Virus record (IMG/VR): IMGVR_UViG_3300013954_000001
Location: 1 to 64,000 of that record
Length of the DNA stretch: 64,000 nt
Strand: one strand, 5' to 3'
Source of the DNA: a virus
Taxonomy: Duplodnaviria > Heunggongvirae > Uroviricota > Caudoviricetes
Part shown: positions 32,579-41,653 of the stretch, one piece after another
Layout: each line of letters opens with the position of its first letter
How positions within the stretch are numbered: position 1 is the first letter of the stretch
Made by a program: the position numbers and the translations under genes
Notes under the pieces: generated by a model
The model's database searches: none
Told to the model about the DNA's origin: nothing
What the model saw: the letters and a program-made list of their open reading frames with translations, nothing else

Positions 32579-33867
32579 CATGCGTTCATCAGATTCGCAT
32601 ACTTGTTGGCTTCGTAGAACTGCTTGACGCGAGTGTCTACGATGACTTCGTACGACCCGATTTCTTTGAGAATGTGCAGACCGTCGAGACTGCGCAGACG
32701 GCTGAGAGCGACATAGCATTGGCCGTGCGCAAAGCAACCGCGTCCAGTGTAAATGGCAGCGTTTGACAGGCTCAAGCCTTGGCTCTTGTGAATAGTCACG
32801 GCGTAGCCTAGCTTCAGCGGCAGCTGGTTGTATTCGCCGATGCTGCGAATGCCTACGCCTTGGCCGTCGTTGAAGTACTCGAACTCTTGCCAAGTAAACC
32901 GCTGGACTTTCACGGTGACGCCAGTTTCAAGCTGTACGTCTACAGTGCCGTCGCCGCTGCCGAAAGACACTACGTAACCCGTTTGACCGTTGAAATAGGT
33001 TTCGTTGGTGTCGTTGGCGCAGATCAACACTTTGGTGCCGATCTTCAACCCCATTTCTTGAGGCACTGGCAGATCGCGGAAGCTGCCTTTCTTGACGCCG
33101 TAGAACATGCGCTCTTCGCCTTCAATGCTGTCGTAGTTGTCGGCGTTGACCATGTCGGCGTCTTTGTTCGTCGAACACAAGAACAGTGTGTCGTCGGCGA
33201 TGTCGTCACGGTTCATGCCGATTTTGTTGAGCTTAGCCAGACTCTTCGCGAAGTCAGCGTCGCGGCAACGAATCGAGTTGAGGGCGGCAATGAACTCTTG
33301 ATCGCTTTGACGCATGATTTCGTCGAGTTCGATAGTCTGGAAGCCAGCGTCTCGCCAACTGTCAGTGTCGAACGCGAACGGGCTGTCGAACTCTTCGCGG
33401 AAGTACTCGGCTTCGACACTGCGTTCGTTGAGTACTGGCGGCAGCTGGAAGAAGTCGCCGACGACGATGACTTGAAGGCCGCCGAAGGCTACGTTGCGCC
33501 GCTTGATCTTGCGCAGGTTGGCGTCGACGGCGGCAAACAAGTCGGCACGCACCATAGAGATTTCGTCGATAACGATTCGCTTAATGTCGTCGCCTTCGAA
33601 CAAGTCGCGAACTGCGTCTGCTACTTTACCGCGCTGGAACTTGCTGAGGAATCCAAGCGGGAACTTGAAGGTGCGATGGATGGTAGAGCCTTGGATGTTT
33701 TGGGCGGCAATGCCAGTCGGCGACAAGAAAATAGTGTCGTCGCCGTACATGTCTCTGATCTTGCGAACAAGTACAGATTTGCCGACGCCGCCGGGGCCGC
33801 TGATGAAGATGTTGTTGCCGCGAAGGATTTCGGTGAATGCGTACTGCTGTTTGGCGTTTAGTTGCAT
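32578..33867 (-). CDS. dda: Dda-like SF1B DNA helicase (RecD-like)
   Basis: Walker A is ISGPGGVGKSVL, with SF1 helicase blocks along the length. The 429-aa size and position match T4 Dda (439 aa). Confidence 0.75.
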   Translation of the reverse strand: MQLNAKQQYAFTEILRGNNIFISGPGGVGKSVLVRKIRDMYGDDTIFLSPTGIAAQNIQGSTIHRTFKFPLGFLSKFQRGKVADAVRDLFEGDDIKRIVIDEISMVRADLFAAVDANLRKIKRRNVAFGGLQVIVVGDFFQLPPVLNERSVEAEYFREEFDSPFAFDTDSWRDAGFQTIELDEIMRQSDQEFIAALNSIRCRDADFAKSLAKLNKIGMNRDDIADDTLFLCSTNKDADMVNADNYDSIEGEERMFYGVKKGSFRDLPVPQEMGLKIGTKVLICANDTNETYFNGQTGYVVSFGSGDGTVDVQLETGVTVKVQRFTWQEFEYFNDGQGVGIRSIGEYNQLPLKLGYAVTIHKSQGLSLSNAAIYTGRGCFAHGQCYVALSRLRSLDGLHILKEIGSYEVIVDTRVKQFYEANKYANLMNA

Positions 33868-33931
33868 GACTATGAGGTCTCACTTCAGATGATATAAAAG
33901 GTGACTAGGACCTAGTCACCGCAGTACAACT

Positions 33932-34333
33932 TTAGGCCAGCATGAAAATCTTGAGGCCGTGCTTGACGACGGCAAGATACACGTGGTCTTTCAGGCGTTG
34001 CGCTTCTGGCAGCTTGTCGTAGCTCACCATGCAAGGGTGCATCTTGAGGTCTACGTTCTTTTCGGCGCCATACACCCATCCGTCGCGAACCTTTTGAGCC
34101 ATCCAGTTTTTGTGACTTTGCTCAGGTGTAGTGTCAGGATTCTTGAGGACGTGAACGACGCCGTCAATAGCCGATTGTTGTTGCCAGTCGGGTGCGTCGT
34201 TCCAATCTGGTTGGCTGAAGTCGCCCAGACCTTCACACAGCCCCTTGTTTACTTGATGTGCGTATTCGGCGACAGTCGCGATACACGCGATAACGAACTC
34301 TTGTTCGGCGCCTTGCATTAGTGCGTCATTCAT
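33932..34333 (-). CDS. RyR-domain protein
   Basis: HKNWMAQKVRDGWVYGAEKNVDLKMHPCMVSYDKLPEAQRLKD fits the RyR signature W...K...GW.YG...K.HP.LVPY..LPE. The start was chosen at the internal Met that has an AAGAGG RBS. Confidence 0.55.
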   Translation of the reverse strand: MNDALMQGAEQEFVIACIATVAEYAHQVNKGLCEGLGDFSQPDWNDAPDWQQQSAIDGVVHVLKNPDTTPEQSHKNWMAQKVRDGWVYGAEKNVDLKMHPCMVSYDKLPEAQRLKDHVYLAVVKHGLKIFMLA

Positions 34334-34754
34334 TACAACCAACCTCTTTCTTGTTAACACCAATTGCGTACTTGTGACGCAACACCCATTCATCGCGGTC
34401 GCCGTACTTGATCACCTTGACAGTGCTGGGGTGGTCAATGACCTCCATATTTTCGGGAGACAGAACTTTGACGAGGTTCCACTCTTCGAGCATCTTGACG
34501 ATCCGGTTGCGTCTGGCGATATCACCTTCGCTCAAGTCGTTGCGCAGACCATCGAGTGCAAACAACTCTTTGAAGTGACAGATGTAGTAGCGGCCACGAC
34601 GATGCAGAATGTGTGCGCTTTGATTCAACACTTTTTCGTGTCGGCTCGGCACGCCCATGCGCGTCAACGTCTCTTTGATCTTGCGGAACCCGTCATCACC
34701 ACCCAACGGCTGAATTTCTACCATCTTAGCGATGATGTCTTCATGGGTAATCAT
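34326..34754 (-). CDS. regA: Translational repressor RegA
   Basis: FRKIKETLTRMGVPSRHEKVLNQSAHILHRRGRYYICHFKELFALDG matches T4 RegA FLKVKETLTRMGIANNKDKVLYQSCHILQKKGLYYIVHFKEMLRMDG. Confidence 0.75.
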   Translation of the reverse strand: MITHEDIIAKMVEIQPLGGDDGFRKIKETLTRMGVPSRHEKVLNQSAHILHRRGRYYICHFKELFALDGLRNDLSEGDIARRNRIVKMLEEWNLVKVLSPENMEVIDHPSTVKVIKYGDRDEWVLRHKYAIGVNKKEVGCNE

Positions 34755-35200
34755 TTTGTCTTGCCTCCAACTACATACATTTCTTTGATTGCTTTAACTT
34801 CGTCAGGTGTCAGTACCTTTAAGATGTCAATAGCTCGGTTTCGGTTGACAGCGTAGTGACGACACATCAGTTCGATGTCGTCGGCGTTGTCGGTGCTCTG
34901 TTTAGCCCACTTGCCGAAGCGCTTCTTCTTGGATATACCATAGAAGAAGAAGTCGTGAGCCATGCGTTTGTCGACTCGCCAATGCTTGTTCAATTCGTTG
35001 GCGTACAGCACAGTCTCTACGTGCTGCGACAGTCCTCGGCGAATGATGAAGACGTCGAAGTCGCGTTCGCTGTTGTCGTCGAACAAGTAGCGCTTTTCGT
35101 AGTTCAAGTCGCCTAGCCAGTCAAAAAGCTCTACACGCTTGCGCTTGTAGGGAGCTTCTTCGACGGCTTCGACTATTTCGTTGCCGTCGAGGTCGATCAT
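34751..35200 (-). CDS. Clamp-loader small subunit (T4 gp62-like)
   Basis: KKKRFGKWAKQSTDNADDIELMCRHYAVNRNRAIDILKVL matches T4 gp62 [42 protein letters not shown]. The start was set at the Met giving an ATGA overlap with the gp44 stop, as in T4. Confidence 0.6.
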   Translation of the reverse strand: MIDLDGNEIVEAVEEAPYKRKRVELFDWLGDLNYEKRYLFDDNSERDFDVFIIRRGLSQHVETVLYANELNKHWRVDKRMAHDFFFYGISKKKRFGKWAKQSTDNADDIELMCRHYAVNRNRAIDILKVLTPDEVKAIKEMYVVGGKTK

Positions 35201-36141
35201 TTGAACTCCAGTTGCATCATCAGGTTGACACACAAGGCAGCGATGTGCAGTTCTTTGTCTGCAACTACGCCGTCGTAGCGCTGGTAGTCTTCGAGAATCA
35301 GAATCGCTTCTGGAATCGACTGCGACGAAATGTGTTCGTTCAGACTACGATACAGCTTGCTATACAGGTTTGACAAGTCGCTACCAGAGTTTTCGGCACA
35401 CCATTGACGCACTTCTTTGAACTTTTTGGCCTTCATAGCGGCGACAAGCGCGTCGATGCTGACTTCTTGCAGGTCCATGAGAATGCCGGCGTCGATGCTG
35501 CCGCTACGCGCGTACTGCTGAAGCTGGCCAAGAATGCGCCTGTTGTCAGGGAAGAACTTCTGGATCAGTGTGGCTACGGCGCGCTTGTCGAAGTCGATGC
35601 CTTCACAAGCCAGGATGTCGCAGACGCGTTTGAAGAACGCCGCCTGAAGCTCAGGTTGCTCTTCTTTGCTGATGTCGAAGGCGATTTGTACGGTTCGGCT
35701 ATGCAGCGGTTCGATGATTCGATTCGGGTAGTTACACGTGAAGATGAACGTGCAAGTCTTCGAAAACGATTCGATGCTACCACGGAATGCAGCTTGCGCG
35801 GCTGGCGTCAGATGATCGCTTTCATCCATGATGACACACTTGCCGGCGTCGCTGAAGCTAACCGTAGACGCGAAGTCGCGAATCTTAGTGCGGAGCGTGT
35901 CGATGCCGTTGTCTTCACTGGCGTTGATGACAATCCAGTCTACGCCTAGCTCTTGACACAAGGCTTTGGCGACAGTCGTCTTGCCAGTGCCGGGACCGCC
36001 AGACAGCAGCAGATTCGGGATACTGCCAGTTTTGACGATGTCGTTGAACTTCTTTTTGATCGACTTAGGCAGGATGCAGTCGTCGATTACTTGGGGTCTG
36101 TATCGCTCCACCCAGAGTGGTTCACTTTTGTTACATTGCAT
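35197..36141 (-). CDS. Clamp-loader ATPase (T4 gp44-like, RFC family)
   Basis: AAA+ Walker A LLLSGGPGTGKTT, DExx box VIMDESDHL and an SRC-like motif. Confidence 0.8.
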   Translation of the reverse strand: MQCNKSEPLWVERYRPQVIDDCILPKSIKKKFNDIVKTGSIPNLLLSGGPGTGKTTVAKALCQELGVDWIVINASEDNGIDTLRTKIRDFASTVSFSDAGKCVIMDESDHLTPAAQAAFRGSIESFSKTCTFIFTCNYPNRIIEPLHSRTVQIAFDISKEEQPELQAAFFKRVCDILACEGIDFDKRAVATLIQKFFPDNRRILGQLQQYARSGSIDAGILMDLQEVSIDALVAAMKAKKFKEVRQWCAENSGSDLSNLYSKLYRSLNEHISSQSIPEAILILEDYQRYDGVVADKELHIAALCVNLMMQLEFK

Positions 36142-36207
36142 AACATCTCCTCACATTCAATGCAAGAGGCGCTTAAGCGCCTCTGCTACGATTTGTTGAC
36201 GCCAATG

Positions 36208-36918
36208 TTACGCGAAAGTGCTGTTCGCGTCGAGGCTCATCCAGAAGACTTTGGCGCCGTTCGTCACTTTGGAGATTTTGCGTGCCGAGATTTCGAACTT
36301 GCAGTCGCCGTCGAGGATGGTCAGCGCTTCGGCTTTGTAGAACATGTCGAAGTCGTCAGTGGTTTCACCAACTTCTACAGAGTAGCCGTTAGTCTCTTCG
36401 CCGCTGCCGTTGTTGCGGTCGAAAGCCGACAGCATGATAACGCCGTCAACGCTGCGGAAGCCGATGTAGCCAAGCTTCAGCGTTTGCGCGGCGTTCATCA
36501 CGGCCTTCAGCTGTTGAGCCGACACATTGACTTCGATGTCCTCGCTGGGCAGCTTGAAGTCTTTTTCGAAGTAGCTGTTGATCAGGTTGGCGGCGCCGTC
36601 GAGATAGCGAAGCTTCTGCTTGCCGTCTTCAGACTTGACAACAACGAATTTGTCGTTGCTGAAGTCGAGAACCGGGTTTTCGATGATGCTGAGGACGCTG
36701 ATGAACTCGCGCAGGTCATAGATGCAGAACGTACGCGGCAGCACGGCTTCCATGTCAGTTTCGCAGGCGACGCTACGTTGCTCGTTGATAGTCTTGAGGT
36801 GCTTGTCACCGCCGACGATCTTCAGAGTCTGGTTGATCGGATACAGGCTTTTCAGCGTGTCGATGTCGGCCTTAGATAGACGTACTTCATTGGTCATTGT
36901 ATAACTCCTAGTTTTCAA
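36208..36918 (-). CDS. Sliding clamp (T4 gp45-like)
   Basis: A 236-aa acidic protein (gp45 is 228 aa), placed upstream of gp44-gp62-regA exactly as in T4. Confidence 0.6.
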   Translation of the reverse strand: MKTRSYTMTNEVRLSKADIDTLKSLYPINQTLKIVGGDKHLKTINEQRSVACETDMEAVLPRTFCIYDLREFISVLSIIENPVLDFSNDKFVVVKSEDGKQKLRYLDGAANLINSYFEKDFKLPSEDIEVNVSAQQLKAVMNAAQTLKLGYIGFRSVDGVIMLSAFDRNNGSGEETNGYSVEVGETTDDFDMFYKAEALTILDGDCKFEISARKISKVTNGAKVFWMSLDANSTFA

Positions 36919-37190
36919 AGGTGAGACATTCTATGCGAAAGTCTCGTGTAGGTCAATATTCATCTTCGTACATGATGACAGATTGTACTAGCCGCCGTTC
37001 AGCGGCTCCCATGCGCCCGCCAGTTTCGTACTTGCCCCATGCTTTCTTAATGCGACGGTTTGACAGCTTCCGAAGTTTTGCCAGTGGCGGCAGCCCGTTG
37101 ATCCTCAACATTTCGCCTTGAAGACGACGCTCTTCGCGATTGTTTCTTCCGAAGCAGTGCGGGAATTTTGGCTTGAGTTTCATGTTGCCC

Positions 37191-37976
37191 TCAGTGTCTT
37201 GGCACTTTGACGTTAGAAGCGACACGCAATACGCCGCCGTCTAGAACTCGCAACGCGATTAGTTCGTCGCCGTATACGCAGCCGCTGTCGACGTTCAAGA
37301 AGACTGTGTTGGCGCCGCTCTGCTCTGCAATTTGGTCTTCGATGTCTCGGTATTCCCAACTCTGATGGCCGTAGACAAACGTCGTATTGACAGTGTGTGC
37401 CTTATACCGTGCGGCTTCTATGTCGACTTTAGTAGAGCGCATGCAGTAGTCAGACATGTTCGTGTTGGCGTCGCAGCGCGTCAAGTCAAGACTGTTTTCG
37501 ACGTCTCGAATCGGGGCATGACTGAACACGTAGCGGCGACCAGTAGTGTGCATGACTAACAACGGGCGTCGCGAAACTAGCGCCTTTAGCACAGCGTTTT
37601 GCGTGTCGACGTCAGCTGCTAGCAGCCTGTCGTGGTTCTCGCGTCTGGCAACAGAGCTACACGCCTTGTAGCCATACCATTCGGCGATAAAGTTCAGTTC
37701 GTGATTACCCATGCAGCGGTAATCGGCGACGTCGGCCAACACAAGGTCGATGAATGCCGGGCCGCGGTCGATCATGTCGCCTAGCTGAATCACGATAGGC
37801 TTCTTACCACGACTGTGCGCGTCGCTATAGATTTTGTCTATTAAGGCAAAGTACTCAGTCATGCAGCCGTGAACGTCACCTACAGCGTAGTACTCACAGT
37901 CGGCGCGAGTCACGATGTAGTTTTGTGCCATCACTTGCACCAAGAACTTGTTGAGATTCACTGTACGATTTCCCAT
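37191..37976 (-). CDS. Calcineurin-like metallophosphoesterase (Pnkp-type/lambda-PPase-type phosphatase)
   Basis: Motifs GDVHGC (GDxHG), GDMIDRGP (GDxxDRG) and MGNHELN (GNHE) are present. Confidence 0.7.
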   Translation of the reverse strand: MGNRTVNLNKFLVQVMAQNYIVTRADCEYYAVGDVHGCMTEYFALIDKIYSDAHSRGKKPIVIQLGDMIDRGPAFIDLVLADVADYRCMGNHELNFIAEWYGYKACSSVARRENHDRLLAADVDTQNAVLKALVSRRPLLVMHTTGRRYVFSHAPIRDVENSLDLTRCDANTNMSDYCMRSTKVDIEAARYKAHTVNTTFVYGHQSWEYRDIEDQIAEQSGANTVFLNVDSGCVYGDELIALRVLDGGVLRVASNVKVPRH

Positions 37977-38452
37977 TGCTGGTTGATACGGATGAACGTG
38001 TAGTTGTCGAATTCCTTTTGGGCGTCGACAAACCGTTCCATACCAGTGTAGTAAGAGTTCAGGTGACGATGAATCACCTCTTCAGGAACTTTGAGGCCAC
38101 CGGCGGCGCCACGACTTTCGTTGCGAGCCAGTAGCACATCGGTACCCGGAGGATCGATACTGATCACAGTGATGGCGACGCCGAACTTCTTGGCGAGTTC
38201 GAAATACGTGGCACAGTCTTTGAACTTCAGCGACGTCGCGTTGACGACGGTGTAGGCGACGCCGAAGCGAAGCCGCTGTTCGAGGATGCTGTTCAGCGTG
38301 TCGAACACAATGCGGTTGTTAGCCTGTTCTTCGACGCGGTCGAACAGCATCTTGCGGAAGCCGTCGCTAGACAGAATAGTGTGGGCGGCAAAGTGACGTT
38401 CAGCAAAATAGTCTTTACCAGAACAAGAAGTGCCGCGTAGTACGAAAATCAT
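37958..38452 (-). CDS. Polynucleotide 5'-kinase domain protein (T4 Pnk kinase-like)
   Basis: The P-loop LRGTSCSGKDYFAERHF parallels T4 Pnk TIGCPGSGKSTWAREF. Downstream VVNATSLKFKDCATYFELAKKFGVAITVISIDPP...RNESRG parallels T4 [34 protein letters not shown]...RNSKRG. Confidence 0.7.
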   Translation of the reverse strand: MIFVLRGTSCSGKDYFAERHFAAHTILSSDGFRKMLFDRVEEQANNRIVFDTLNSILEQRLRFGVAYTVVNATSLKFKDCATYFELAKKFGVAITVISIDPPGTDVLLARNESRGAAGGLKVPEEVIHRHLNSYYTGMERFVDAQKEFDNYTFIRINQQWEIVQ

Positions 38453-38454
38453 TG

Positions 38455-38658
38455 TTAACCCGCCTTGAGAATGACAGCAGTGACGATAAGACCGATCAAC
38501 GGCAAGAAGAAGAACTTCGACAGGCTGACGGTCATGGCTACGAAGCTGTACTTAGCTGAGTTCGCCACCCACATGACGAAGGCGATGCATGAGCCGATCA
38601 GCCACACCCAAAAGCCGAAGCCGGTCAGAATCAGAAACAGCAGCATGAAACCGTTCAT
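38455..38658 (-). CDS. Small membrane protein (67 aa, 2 TM helices)
   Basis: MNGFMLLFLILTGFGFWVWLIGSCIAFVMWV...LIGLIVTAVIL. Confidence 0.4.
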   Translation of the reverse strand: MNGFMLLFLILTGFGFWVWLIGSCIAFVMWVANSAKYSFVAMTVSLSKFFFLPLIGLIVTAVILKAG

Positions 38659-38699
38659 AACGAAGTCCTCTCTTCAAGTTCGATTTAAGTATGCCACCC

Positions 38700-39842
38700 T
38701 TACGTGGTGCTGTAAAGGGCGGCGTCAAAGAATTTTTGGATGGCGGCGTCAGTTCGAGGCGTGGCACCATTTTCTTTGAACGACTGTCGTAGCGCCTTCG
38801 AGCCGATCAGACCTCTGTTGTACACCTTGCTTTTGAACAAGTAGTTCTTCTGGACTGCGTTCAGGCTGTTGTCGCCTGCAATGTCGCGCGCCGTCAAGCC
38901 TCGCAAGTCATAGTTGACGGCGTCGCCGATGACTGTGCTGACAACGTAGTCGTGGAAGTCTTCTATGACGGCGTCGACGACAGGGTAAAGCTCTTCGTCG
39001 TAGCTGACGTACAGGTTGTCGGCACCCGAGTTCGCCAGTGCGTTGACAAAGCGTTCGGCACGCAACTCTTTCATGTAGTGAAGTTGAACGTATTCGCGCG
39101 TCTTGACTTTGAAGCGGAAGTTCAACGACGGGAAGTGATACACATAGCCTTCAATGCCTTTGTGGTCGTACAACTCGCCAAGCTGACCTGCTTCAAGTCT
39201 AGTGTAGCGACGCGTGACAGGACAGCCGAAGAGTTCGCCGAACTCTACAAGCCGGTCGTATTCGTAAGACGTCTGTGTCGGCGTATGAATGGCGCCAAGC
39301 AAGATCATCGTGTTTTCACCGTTCAGCGTGTAGCGCTTCAGCTGGTCTTCATACCACAAGTGCTTGTCGTAGTCAGCGAGACATTCGAACATGAAAGTCA
39401 CAGGAACTTTGATCTTCGACACGATGTCGTAGATACCCATGGCTTTGATCAGCACTTCATCGGCTTCGGCGAGTTCGCCGCCGAACGAACCTTTTGTCGT
39501 CACGAAGACTGCGCCTGTCTCAACGTCTGCCGACACGATGACTAGATGACCATTGACTTTGTCAAGGACTTCGTAGCGATAGTCTGCCATGAGCTTTTGA
39601 ACGGCTTCGATGCTAGTTTCAGGCTGTTCGCCGACATTGAAGATTTTTGGAAACGGTGAATTGATCGGGGCGTCACAGCCGTCGCGATAAATGAGACCTC
39701 GATGGGTTTTCGTCACATAATCCCAGGGGTGTGTGAAAAACTGCTCTTTAGTATAGCAAGTGATATGATAGACATTCTTATCTACAATCTTTGAACGTAC
39801 TGAAATACGGTTGCTATCAATATATTCTTGAAGATGTTTCAT
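38700..39842 (-). CDS. RNA ligase 1-like (T4 RnlA family) protein
   Basis: Motif I K-x-(D/N)-G appears as LDKVNGHLV, in an Rnl1-sized (380 aa) protein. It leads the operon that also contains the kinase and phosphatase. Confidence 0.5.
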   Translation of the reverse strand: MKHLQEYIDSNRISVRSKIVDKNVYHITCYTKEQFFTHPWDYVTKTHRGLIYRDGCDAPINSPFPKIFNVGEQPETSIEAVQKLMADYRYEVLDKVNGHLVIVSADVETGAVFVTTKGSFGGELAEADEVLIKAMGIYDIVSKIKVPVTFMFECLADYDKHLWYEDQLKRYTLNGENTMILLGAIHTPTQTSYEYDRLVEFGELFGCPVTRRYTRLEAGQLGELYDHKGIEGYVYHFPSLNFRFKVKTREYVQLHYMKELRAERFVNALANSGADNLYVSYDEELYPVVDAVIEDFHDYVVSTVIGDAVNYDLRGLTARDIAGDNSLNAVQKNYLFKSKVYNRGLIGSKALRQSFKENGATPRTDAAIQKFFDAALYSTT

Positions 39843-39920
39843 AGATTTTTCTCTGCGAATTCATTTCTGTAGAAAGATTTTACTATGGTTTTAAGACGCT
39901 GTCAACCCGTTTCAAATCTT

Positions 39921-39928
39921 TATAAATA
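39921..39928 (+). promoter_or_regulatory. T4-type late promoter box TATAAATA
   Basis: An exact TATAAATA 40 nt upstream of the 39968 ATG. Confidence 0.6.
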
Positions 39929-39967
39929 CCTGTATTAGAAGCGTTTTATAGCATAGGGTCTAAATCC

Positions 39968-40525
39968 ATGTCAACACTTAAAGTAGACAAGGTTGTGTCG
40001 TCGATAGCTCCACTACCTGTAGTAGATGGCGCCAGAGACGTCCAAGCGTTTGTAGCTACACAAGGCCAGACGCAGTTTACAGTTACAAAATTCAATAGCG
40101 ACCACAACATCCGAGTATTCGTAGGGTTGACAGAAGTACAATGCTCTTGGACTGGCGCTAATACTGTGACTGTATCCAGTACCACTGTATCAGCAGGCGC
40201 CGTAGTTCGTGTATACAAAGTCGGTTATAGCGTAGCCGAAATCAAAGGCGCTACCTCAAATTATGAAGTCAAGTCTGCAAACTTTACGGCGGCAGTAAAT
40301 AAGCGCTACTGGATTGAAAACAATTCTACTGTCACTCTTCCGTCGGCAGCAGTTGCCGCAAAAGGCAGTTATGTCGAACTAACAAAGAAGTCTGGCGCCA
40401 CTCCAGTCATTCAAACAACTGACGGTACTCAAATTTTAGTAGGCGCCTTATCTGATACATCAGTAACATTCAACACAAACGCGCGGCTGCTTGTCATGTT
40501 CAACGGCACGGCCTGGGAGATTTAA
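39968..40525 (+). CDS. Structural small protein, cassette-2 member (185 aa); paralog of the 29499-29927 product
   Basis: Its C-terminal half is homologous to the cassette-1 small protein (ends FNGTAWEI). Late promoter. Confidence 0.55.
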   Translation: MSTLKVDKVVSSIAPLPVVDGARDVQAFVATQGQTQFTVTKFNSDHNIRVFVGLTEVQCSWTGANTVTVSSTTVSAGAVVRVYKVGYSVAEIKGATSNYEVKSANFTAAVNKRYWIENNSTVTLPSAAVAAKGSYVELTKKSGATPVIQTTDGTQILVGALSDTSVTFNTNARLLVMFNGTAWEI

Positions 40526-40528
40526 GAA

Positions 40529-41653
40529 ATGCCTATTGATTTAGCAAAAGCAGTTGGTGGCGGTGGCGGACCTGCCCTCGGACAGTGCATCTACATGCCA
40601 GACGCCGCGACGCCTATCGTGTCTATCGGTGGCCAACAATTTCTCATGTCGGGGCACAGGTTAGTTGACGAAGCGGCTGCGTATCCTGAAGTGTTTGCGA
40701 GTTTTGCCGGTCCTGATCTAGGACCGTTAGTCAAAACTAAGTTTACACCAAGTATTAGCGCCGGTAAGGCTATATACGCAAACAATCTATTTGTTATTCT
40801 AAGCGCAACGACTAGTAGTACAGTGGCTATGTCATCAGACGGTATTGAATGGACAACTGGAACTCTACCTGCGTCAGCGCAGTGGGTTGGAATTGCGTAC
40901 GGCAACAACACCTTTGTCGCCGTATCTAGTTCTGCTGGCGCCGGCGGTGTATCTACGTCGACGAATGGGGCGACTTGGGCTAGTAGAACACCACCTAGTG
41001 CAAATTTAGGCGACGTAGCGTTTGGCGCAGGATTGTTCGTGGCTGTTTTAAGTGGTGGTACTGCCGTATACACATCTCCGGACGGTATCACATGGACACC
41101 TAGATCAGTAGGTCTAACTTATTCTAGTACTGCTATTGCTTACGGCAACGGAAAGTTTGTAGCTGTAACTGGTAGTACTTCCAATAACAGCGATGTAGTG
41201 ATTACATCTAGTGACGGTATCACATGGCAGTCATCTAAACTTCCATCGCTAGCTTCCTGGTCTAACATCGTGTACGGTAACGGTGTATTTGTAGCCGTCG
41301 CCGCAAATGAAAATATTTGTGCAGTATCGTCTGACGGCGTGACTTGGACGCGTTACTCGCTACCTGTAATAGGTACATGGATAAGCGGGCGCTTAGCATT
41401 TGGCGGAGGAATGTTTGTGCTAGTTGGTCCTTCTGACGTCTTTGTTACTTCAACGGACGGAAGGAACTGGACTCTAAGGACTAGTCCGTTTATTAACCTT
41501 TCACTAGGCGGAATTGTGTACGGAAACAACAAATTCGTAGCAGCAAATAGTAGTGCCGGTAGTGTGGGGATTGTTGCACAAATAGTACAAGGCGTAGGTA
41601 TTCCCGACTATAAAACAGATGGCCCGACAACGCTTTACATGAGGATCAAATGA
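40529..41653 (+). CDS. Asp-box (BNR-repeat) beta-propeller protein, cassette-2 (374 aa)
   Basis: Six S-x-D-G-x-(T/W)-W repeats: SSDGIEWTTG, STNGATWASR, SPDGITWTPR, SSDGITWQSS, SSDGVTWTRY and STDGRNWTLR. The N-terminus carries YPEVF and the protein ends ...YMRIK. Confidence 0.6.
   Translation: MPIDLAKAVGGGGGPALGQCIYMPDAATPIVSIGGQQFLMSGHRLVDEAAAYPEVFASFAGPDLGPLVKTKFTPSISAGKAIYANNLFVILSATTSSTVAMSSDGIEWTTGTLPASAQWVGIAYGNNTFVAVSSSAGAGGVSTSTNGATWASRTPPSANLGDVAFGAGLFVAVLSGGTAVYTSPDGITWTPRSVGLTYSSTAIAYGNGKFVAVTGSTSNNSDVVITSSDGITWQSSKLPSLASWSNIVYGNGVFVAVAANENICAVSSDGVTWTRYSLPVIGTWISGRLAFGGGMFVLVGPSDVFVTSTDGRNWTLRTSPFINLSLGGIVYGNNKFVAANSSAGSVGIVAQIVQGVGIPDYKTDGPTTLYMRIK

Noticed and set aside
32860-33861. 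333-aa plus-strand ORF antisense to dda
   Set aside because: It lies entirely within the helicase gene on the opposite strand, with no RBS and no motifs.
35404-36879. Two plus-strand ORFs (181 aa and 308 aa) antisense to gp44 and gp45
   Set aside because: The T4-syntenic clamp-loader and clamp genes on the minus strand explain the region.
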